Below, piece after piece: positions 49,276 to 58,048 of a stretch of 58,048 bases of DNA (the first letter of the stretch is position 1; the number at the start of each line of letters is the position of its first letter). Under the pieces are notes generated by a model. The model had not been told where the DNA came from and searched no databases. It saw only the letters and a list, made by a program, of their open reading frames with translations. Position numbers and translations under genes: made by a program. Source of the DNA: Reclinomonas americana ATCC 50394 (Eukaryota); the NCBI GenBank assembly GCA_048213135.1, contig PS015160.1:75155-133202 (forward strand), given 5' to 3'.

Positions 49276-50431
49276 AGACAAGAAAGGGAGACAGAGTACG
49301 AGGCGTTCGCACGCACGCACGCAGTACGGTGTTTGTGGGAGTGAGTGTGTTTGTACGTATGTATGAATGTATGTTTGCGTGCGTGTGTGTGTGCGTGTAA
49401 ATATGCATGTGCAGTATGGCGAACGTGGGAGTGCGTGTGTTTAAATGTATGTACGTATGTGTATGTATGTATGAATGTATGTTTGCGTGCGCGCGTGTGT
49501 GTGAGAGAGAGAGAGTGTGTGTGTGCGTCACCCCTTTGTGTGTGTGTAAATATGTATGCATGTAGTATGCTGTATGTGGGAGTGAGTGCGTGTTTGTACG
49601 TATGTGTGTATGTGTATGTATGCACGAATCTATGTTTGCGTGTGTGTGTGCGTGTGTGTGAGTGTGTGTGTAAATATGCATGTATGCAGTATGGTGTGCG
49701 TGGGAGTGAGTGTGTATTTATGTGTATGTATGTATGAATGTATGTTTGCGTGTGTGTGTGTGTGCGTGTGTGTGTGTAAATATGCATGTATGCAGTATGG
49801 TGTGCGTGGGAGTGAGTGTGTGTTGATATGTATGTACGTATGCGTATGTATGTATGAACGTATGTTTGCGCGTGTGCGTGTGTGTGCGTGCGTGCGTGAG
49901 TGAGTGAGTGTATGTGTGTCCGTGCGTGTGTGTGTGTATGTATGTATGTACGAACGTATGTATGTGTTTGCGCGTGTGTGTGCGTGGTGCGTGTGTGTGT
50001 CTGCGTGTGGGTGTGTGCGTGCTTGTGTGTGTGAGTGGAAGACGACTCTGACAAGAAGGAGTGCGACTTCCCCATTTTGATTTCCGTGTTGCAGCTGGAC
50101 ACTCCCATGCAAAAGCTCTTTGACGCATACGCCAAGAAGAACAATGTGCAAGCGAACGCCATTCGCTTCATGTTGGACGGAGTGTTGCGTGTCGATCCCA
50201 ACAACGAACGCGCATCCCTCCTCCTCACCATTGTCTGTGCGCAGCCGCATCAAGCCGGAAGACACGCCGCGATCGCTTCACATGGAGGACAACGGTGAGT
50301 GTTGAACGGCCTTGTCTTTCGCCTGCACATGCTGGTGCTGAATGACGGCGGCAGATGTGATTGATGCAATGCGCGACCAAGAGGGCGGTTGGTCGATGGA
50401 CGAAGTGGTGGGCATGGAGGTCGACGAGTGA
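48579..50431 (+). CDS. Tandem (di-)SUMO-like protein
   Basis: Exons 48579-48602, [gap], 48764-48813, 48874-48906, 48972-49021, 49097-49105, 49167-49202, 50095-50183, 50245-50294, 50355-50431. Domain 2 reads VTIKVQ...TPMQKLFDAY...IRFMLDGVRIKPEDTPRSLHMEDNDVIDAMRDQEGG. Confidence 0.8.
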
Positions 50432-50780
50432 GGGGGGCGATAAAGGGGTTGGAGGAAGTGTGGTTTTCTGCGCGATTCAGATAAAAGAGCCCGATGTTGG
50501 CAGGGGAAGGGGTTGCGGCTATTATGGACAAGAAGCGATGCGAGAGTATGGCGGAGAACGGGGAGCAGAGGGGTGCGGAGGGAGGGAGGGAGGGAGAGAG
50601 AGAGAGACAGCCAGAGAACGAAAAGAGAGAGAGAGAAAGAAAAGGCAACGCAAGATTGCTGGAGCGAAAGAAAAACGGGAAGCAAGAAAAGCGCGGAGAG
50701 AGAGAGAGTCGGACAGAGAGATTGCTGAAGCGGAAGACGAACCACATTCCGCTCCCCGATGAACAAGTGTGACCCAATGC

Positions 50781-53658
50781 TTAAAATTCAATCGTTAATC
50801 TCTGAAACACATCCTCCACCGCCACCATCTGCAAAAGAACAGCAAAAATATGAGAAGCTTTGCCATGTTCCTTGTCTGCGAGAAATGAATACCTTCTCAA
50901 AGTCGTCAAAGCCAATCTTGCTGTCGGGAGTGAACGCGCTCACCTCGTCCATCGTCTTTCTCACCAGCTGCAACGAGGAGTGGTTGTGAGAAGTCAAGCA
51001 CAGGCACATGTAAGGACACGTAAGCACCCACAGCCATTCTGACACAAACTATGCAGAATTATCAACTTTCATCCTGATACTACAAAACACAGTCGTTCTC
51101 ACACTAAGGCACTTGCTCTCGCATGCAACGCCACAGACACAACACAGCGAAGACAATCCTTTGTCACAGACGGAACACGCGCACTCGCACCGTTTCTTAC
51201 ATAAACGCGGCAACCATCAACTCTCACCCTAACACCACAAAGCACGGACCGTCACTCCCCTCTCGCCAGTTCTCTCACACAAAGACACTTGCTCTCGCAT
51301 GCAACGTCACACACACAAACAATAGCGAAGGATGCCAGAGACAACACACGCGCACACCGTTCTTACGCAATCATCGGCAACCATCAACTCTCACTCTTAC
51401 ACCACAAAGCACAGACCCTCACCCGCAATGTCTGCCACACAAAGGCACTTGCTCTCGCATGCAAGGCCGCAGACACAACAACAGCGAACACGCATTCTCT
51501 CGCAAACCCGCGATCACAGAGACACACGGGCACAACCAATGACCAGCCACAACGCTCTGACCGCATGCACAACAAACAGTTTCCCTCCCCTCCTCTCCTC
51601 ATCCCCCTTTCCCCCATTCCTTCCCCCCCTTCACACCTCATCAATCATGTCATTCGACACGTACTGCTCGCTGTTGCCCAGCACCCGTCGCACCGCGCGA
51701 TCCAAATCACTCATCGAAATGTACCCATCGCCGTCCGTATCGTACAGCTTGAAGAGGAACTTGAGTTTCCAGTCCTGCGGGGCGCGCGGAGAGAACACGG
51801 CCAGCGCAATTACCAGCTCGCGGAATGTCAGCTGGTTGTCGCCTGCACGGTGGGAGTGAGAGGGTGAGTGGCGGACGGGAGAGAGACAGCGGGAAGGGGC
51901 GTACCATTGAGGTCGAGAATCTCCAGAATGCGCTCGCAGAAAGGGTTGGATTGGAACTCCTCAAAGTTCATGAATTCTGGGGAAAGGGGGGAGGTGAGCG
52001 CATGAGGGGGGAAGTAGGTGAAGAAACACGAGGGTGGTGAAAGCCAGCNNNNNNNNNNNNNNNNNNNNNNNNNNNNNNNNNNNNNNNNNNNNNNNNNNNN
52101 NNNNNNNNNNNNNNNNNNNNNNNNNNNNNNNNNNNNNNNNNNNNNNNNNNNNNNNNNNNNNNNNNNNNNNNNNNNNNNNNNNNNNNNNNNNNNNNNNNNN
52201 NNNNNNNNNNNNNNNNNNNNNNNNNNNNNNNNNNNNNNNNNNNNNNNNNNNNNNNNNNNNNNNNNNNNNNNNNNNNNNNNNNNNNNNNNNNNNNNNNNNN
52301 NNNNNNNNNNNNNNNNNNNNNNNNNNNNNNNNNNNNNNNNNNNNNNNNNNNNNNNNNNNNNNNNNNNNNNNNNNNNNNNNNNNNNNNNNNNNNNNNNNNN
52401 NNNNNNNNNNNNNNNNNNNNNNNNNNNNNNNNNNNNNNNNNNNNNNNNNNNNNNNNNNNNNNNNNNNNNNNNNNNNNNNNNNNNNNNNNNNNNNNNNNNN
52501 NNNNNNNNNNNNNNNNNNNNNNNNNNNNNNNNNNNNNNNNNNNNNNNNNNNNNNNNNNNNNNNNNNNNNNNNNNNNNNNNNNNNNNNNNNNNNNNNNNNN
52601 NNNNNNNNNNNNNNNNNNNNNNNNNNNNNNNNNNNNNNNNNNNNNNNNNNNNNNNNNNNNNNNNNNNNNNNNNNNNNNNNNNNNTAGCCCCAAGCTCTCG
52701 CATGATAGCGCGCAAGACAACTACCACGAGAGTTGATTTCAGACTCAGGTGGAACGTGCAACAATCTGCGTCCTCCCCACTGTAAACCAATACGCGGCTC
52801 ACCATCCAACGTGATCACTCCCGAGTCCGTCGGATCGTGTTTCCTGCCAACACGCGCACCGTCACTATCCTCGCTCACCGATGGAACCTCACACACGCAA
52901 GCACACTCACCGAAATCGATCAAACAGTCGCAAAACCTCCTTCTCGGTGACTGCAATGGAGAACGGCGAGGAAGAGAGAGCGAGTGAGCGAAAAAAATGA
53001 AGGCGCTGAAGGAGAATGAGGAGAGACACAGCAAGAGACAGAGACTGATCCGACGACAGAGATTGTGTCCAACTCTACCAAAGTCACCCACTCGGCAACT
53101 TGAGAGCTCATCAGTGATCTCTGGACGGCTTTTGCGACAAGCTACACCCATCTCTCACTCACTCGATCACCCAGAGCATACACAACAGGAGCACGCGCCC
53201 TCTCACACACATTCACTCTCAGTCAAGCACTGCCAGCAAGCTGCCACACAACCCATCTCACTCACAATCACCCAGAGCATACAACAACAGCACGCTCTCT
53301 CTCTCTCGCTCTCTCTGTCGTGGCTCTCTTCCTCCTGTCTCACACTCACTCACTCTCTCTCTCACTCACTCACTCACTCACTCACTCCCTCACTCAATCT
53401 CTTTCTCTCTCACTCACTCACTCACTCACACACACACACACACACTCTCACACTCACACACACTCATTCACTCACTCACTCACTCACTCTCACTCACTCA
53501 CTCACTCACCCACTCACCCACTCATACCCACTCCCTTTCTCTCTCTCTCTTCCACCCCTTCCCCTTCTCTCCCGCACGCACTCACAAGTACTCTGCAACT
53601 TGAGCTCCTCAATAACCTCCGGATCCAGCGGCTTATCCGCCGAGCTACCCCCACCCAT
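50781..53658 (-). CDS. Calcineurin B-like EF-hand protein, seven exons
   Basis: MGGGSS (myristoylation-type start), FTEKEVLRLFDRF, SNPFCERI, DLNGDNQLTFRE, KLKFLFKLYDTDGDGYISMSDL, KIGFDDFEK, RLTIEF*. Confidence 0.9.
51107..51470. repeat. Intronic degenerate tandem repeat, unit about 160-175 bp
   Basis: CACTTGCTCTCGCATGCAA occurs three times and CGGCAACCATCAACTCTCAC twice. Confidence 0.8.
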
Positions 53659-53782
53659 TCTTATCTCTCTCAATCACACACAATCACAAATATCGGACCG
53701 CAATTTCGTTCATCGTTTGCAACCGTCAGCTTCGTTCCAACCGTCACGTTTTCTTTTGTTTTGTTTTGTTGTTGTGTTTGAT

Positions 53783-53905
53783 ATGGCGGAAGGTGCGGCG
53801 GCAGAAGAGAACAGTAAGTCTTTTCCTTGTTGTTTTTGCTGTTGCTTTTGTGTCCTTGGAAAGAGAGTGACAACTGCCGTTGCGCGCGCGAAAAGGCTCT
53901 CTCTT

Positions 53906-53936
<31 letters not shown>

Positions 53937-53968
53937 NNNNNNNNNNNNNNNNNNNNCTCTCACTCCTC

Positions 53969-54019
<51 letters not shown>

Positions 54020-55876
54020 AGTTGTCACGACCTTTCTCACTGTCTGTCGCCCTTGCTCTTCCCCGTCTCCTCTCGTCTCTCACTTCCTCTCTTGTCTGCC
54101 CTTCACTGTCGCTCGTTGTCTATCTCCTCTAGTCTGTGTTGTCTCTCCTCAGTCTCCTCACTCTTCTCTGCTTCTCTACTCTCCAACGCTCACCATTCAC
54201 TGTCTCCCCTTCTGTCATCACAATCATGGCACTCGTCCTCTCTCCTGTTCTCTTCCATTGAGTTTCTGTGCTCTCACTTCTCAGTCTCCTCAATCTTCGG
54301 TCTCCAACTCTCACCCTTCCCTGTCTCTCCCTCCCATCACTCCTGCATCGCTCCTCCCTGATCTTCTTTGATCTCCTCTGCTTGCTCTTCCATCGAGTCT
54401 CTGTGCTCTCTCTTCTCAGTCTCCTCTCCCTGTCTCCCCCTCCATCACTCCTACATCGCTCCTCCCTGATCTCCTCTGTTGTCTGTCATCTGTTTTTCCA
54501 TCGCGTCTCTGTGCTCTCTCATCTCAGTCTCCTCACTCTTCTCTCCCTTCTCTACCAATCTGTCTCCAACCCTCACTCCCTTTCCTGCCATCACTTGCAC
54601 TCCAGCATTCTTCTTTTCCATCTAGTCTCTGTGTTCACCTGCACTGCGCGCTTTCATCCTTTCGCGATGTAGCTCACTCTTCTCTCCTTTCTCTGCCCTT
54701 CTGTTTTCTCCTGCTGCCCAAATTGTTCTCCTTCTTCTCCTTCTTTTCATCCTCTCTCTCACACCCACTCTGCGCTCTCTCAAATCATTCAGTCTCCTCC
54801 CCCTTCTTCTCCCTTTCCCTCCCGTTTCTTCTCCCATTCCTTTTCTCCCGTTTCTTCCCCCTTCCATCTCCCTCCCCCTTTCCATTTCCCTTTCCTTTTC
54901 TCTCCCCCCTCCATCCCTCCCTCACTCCCTCTCCCCCTCGTCCCCCTTTCCCCACTTCTCCCCCCAGGACGACGCGTGGGCTCCGCGGCCAGCACCGACC
55001 TCCTCCACGGTGGTCGTGCCGAAATCATCCTCGCCAGCTCCTTTGATGAGAGCTACCCTGTCGTTGCGTCCTTCTCCCTCGCTCCCTCTCACTCCCCATG
55101 TCACTCACTCTTGTCTCTCTACAGAGCAATGTTCTTGACGAGTTTCGTCGCGTGTTGTCCTCCTGCGCGCCCGTGTGATCTTCCAGCTCACGCGAGATAT
55201 GCACAGCTCCGAGTCCACATTCTGGGTGACCACTGGCATGTATCCGCAAGAGTTTGTCGTGGCCTTCAAGGCACCAGTGCGGCTCTCCAATGTGGCTTTT
55301 GTGTGTGCAAATGGTACGCATGGGTTATCACACAAAATCTGTGCATCTTAGTCTTCTTTGTCACTCTCTCTCTCCCCTCTCTCTCCCTCTCTCTCCCCTC
55401 TCTCCCTCCCTTCTCCCCTTACCCTTCCCCCTCCCCCCCTCCAACAGTGAAGCGCTTCGAGATCGCCCGCAGCGAGGAAACACAGCCAATCAACTGGAAA
55501 GGCGTGCTGGAGCAAGGTAACACNNNNNNNNNNNNNNNNNNNNNNNNNNNNNNNNNNNNNNNNNNNNNNNNNNNNNNNNNNNNNNNNNNNNNNNNNNNNN
55601 NNNNNNNNNNNNNNNNNNNNNNNNNNNNNNNNNNNNNNNNNNNNNNNNNNNNNNNNNNNNNNNNNNNNNNNNNNNNNTATCCATGCCTCCCCTTCCTTGT
55701 CCTCCTCTCTCTTTCCCTCTCACACCACCCCCACAGACCTGGAGGAACGCCACGGCCTGCAGCGCGAGACCGTCTCCCTGAATTATCTGCCTGCTCGCTT
55801 CGTCAAGTTCACCATTCGCAGCGGGTGGCTCGACTTTGCCGCCGTACACTCAATCTCCATCAAGGGCACCGAGTGA
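53783..55876 (+). CDS. IFT25: Intraflagellar transport protein 25, six exons
   Basis: Spliced sequence LASSFDESYPVSNVLDDSESTFWVTTGMYPQEFVVAF...ARFVKFTIRSGWLDFAAVHSISI. Confidence 0.9.
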
Positions 55877-56563
55877 AATGAGAAAAGGAAAATATCATAC
55901 CCACCGGCGAGGAGAAGTGGTGTGTGCGGCATGACGCAAGGGTGGGCGCGACACGCTGACAAAGGAGCAGATGTGTTGCGCAACAAAAGAAACACAAGTG
56001 TCGACTGCGAGAGAGAGAGGTGGTGCTCTTGCGACACAACCAAACGAAGCGAGATGAGAGCAGAGGGAATGACGTGCTTCCTTGCTGGTGGAAGAGGAGT
56101 AGACAGTGAGAGCGCATGCAGTGATGATGAGCAGCAGCGGAAGCAGCACGAAGACAAGTGGCGCGCGGCATATGGAAAACGAGATGATAATTCATTTTAG
56201 ACCGTGCCTTGTTTCTCTCTCTTGTCTGTAAAGAGAATCGTCGTTGCCTTCACGCAGCTGAGGCTTATTGCTGGTGGTGGTGGAGGAGGAGTAGACAGTG
56301 AGGGCGCACGCAGTGAGGATGAGCAGCAAGCGCTTGCACTGCGCACTGCCAGCATCTGTCATACAGAAAAATCGTGTCAGACGGTGAACAATACATCGCC
56401 GTCGTTCCGACGCAGTCGCATCGAGTTGACTGACCAACGCTGCACCGTTTCCACGCACTCAGCAGCAGCCATGTAGTCTCGAGTGAAAAGCCAAGCAATC
56501 GGTCAGTGTCACCACACCCTTCTCTCATTGCATCCTTTACCATTTTCTCGGCCTCCTCCCTCG

Positions 56564-57329
56564 CTAACGCCGATGGCGATCACCACCACCTCGATCGCGA
56601 TCCCGATAGTCACGATCGCGATCACGATCGCGATCTCTGTTACGATCGCGATAATCTCTCTCCCTCTCCCTGTCCCTCTCACGATCCCTGTCGCGATCGC
56701 GATAGTCCCTCTCGCGCTCCCTCTCGCGCTCCCTCCGCCTGTCACCCTCGTCATCGCGCTCGCGACTGCGGCGGCGTGGCTCCTCCTTCCCTCCCTCCTG
56801 CTCCATCGTCGTCTTCTTCTTCTTCTCCTCCTCCTTGGCCTTTTTCTTCTCCTCCTTGGCCTTCCTCTTCTCCTCCTTGCGCCGCCGCTTCCGCTCGCGT
56901 GCCTCCTCGCCGTCGCCCTCCTCCCCCTCGTCGTCGCTGTACACCAGACCCGAATGCCGCCGCTTCTTGGCGCGCTTCATCATGGCCAGCGGGTCCTCCT
57001 CCTTGCCCTCGGCCGGCTCCGGTGACGACGAGTCGGCGCGCTTGGCCGCCTCGGCACGCTCCTTGGCCACATGCTTGCGGAACTCGCTCTCCTTCTCGCC
57101 CCCCTCCTCGTCCTCATCCTCGTCCTCTTCCTCGTCGCTGTCGACTTTCGGCTTGCGGTAGTTGTCGACGTGATCGACGCGAATGGTGCGCTTGCTGATG
57201 GTGGCGCCGTTGAGGTTGTCGACCGCCAGCACCGTGCTGCGCTGGTCCTCGTAGCACACAAAGGCAAAGCCCTTGACCTTGCCGGTTTTCTTGTCGCGAG
57301 CCATGCTCAGGTCGACGATCTCGCCGTAT
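56564..57329 (-). CDS. RBMX2: RBMX2/Snu17 RES-complex RRM protein, last exon; 5' exons lie outside the window
   Basis: YGEIVDLSMARDKKTGKVKGFAFVCYEDQRSTVLAVDNLNG...RTIRVDHV followed by an RD/RE-rich tail. Confidence 0.92.
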
Positions 57330-58048
57330 CTGTGGAGAGGGGGTAAAGGGGAAGGGGGTAAGAGGGGAAGGGTGAGGGAGAGGGAGAGGGAGAGGGGAGA
57401 GGGAGAGGGTTGAGGGGTAAGTGGTAAGGAGGAGAGGAAAGTGGGCAGGAGGGAGCGATGAAGGTGCGAGGTGAGGAGAGAAGAGTTGAAAGGAGGAGGA
57501 GAGAGGGGGCGATTGGAGTGGGAAGAGAAAAAGAAGAAGGACAACAGGAGAGAGGAGTGAGTGGAGAGAGGGGAGAGGGTAGGAGAGAAGAAGGGCGACA
57601 AGGAGAAGAAGGGCGAGAGAGTGACAGAGGGACAGCAGGAAGGAGTAGAGGGGGTGATTTGAGGATAGGAGAGATGGAGGGAGGAGGTGACAGGTGCGAG
57701 AGGACAGGAGCATGGAGAGGGCGAAGAAGAAGAAAATGGATGAGTGTAACAGGAGGCAAGCGAGGACAAGGGAGAAGAATGACAAGAGAGAGAGAGAGAG
57801 AGGCACGAGATGAAGGAGAGAAGAAGGGAGGTGTGGAACGGAAGATGGAGGGAGGGAGAGAGGGGGAGAAGAAGGACGAAAACAGCTCAAAGGAGGGAGA
57901 GTCAGAGAGAGGTCAGATAAAGGACGCTGCATCTTTCTGCCGTATGAAGAAACACATGCTTCCTCTTCTTTCCCCTCCTCCGTTTTCTCTTCCTTTCCTA
58001 CCTTCCCCCATGCTCTCCCCTTCCCCTTCCATCTTCTCTCTCTCTCTC

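Noticed and set aside
49146-50231. His/Thr-rich ORF
   Set aside because: Antisense translation of a (GT)-rich intron.

Overview
Gapped scaffold from a flagellated eukaryote (IFT25 and TSNAXIP1 present; standard genetic code; mostly 55-120 nt spliceosomal introns plus some long microsatellite- or tandem-repeat-filled ones). About 18 protein genes can be modelled by hand: PhyH dioxygenase, GSK3, ankyrin protein, putative Ig-fold transcription factor, sterol desaturase family, TSNAXIP1, IMPACT, WD40, NagB-deacetylase-like fusion, Myb/SANT, GT61, divergent kinase, tandem SUMO, calcineurin B, IFT25, RBMX2 and several unknowns. A 33-41 kb island holds a DIRS-like retrotransposon, an RLE non-LTR relic, an inverted repeat and a CDC73 fragment. 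The most notable signals concern splicing: (1) a U12-type AT-AC intron inside a bacteria-like NagB fusion gene; (2) an abundant class of 5' splice sites shifted by one base (H|GTTDSG), seen only after a non-G exon end. A di-SUMO gene with a terminal GG and a 9-nt micro-exon is also notable. Two small gap-bounded contigs look misoriented. All exon models and family calls are manual and from motif recognition; no searches were run.
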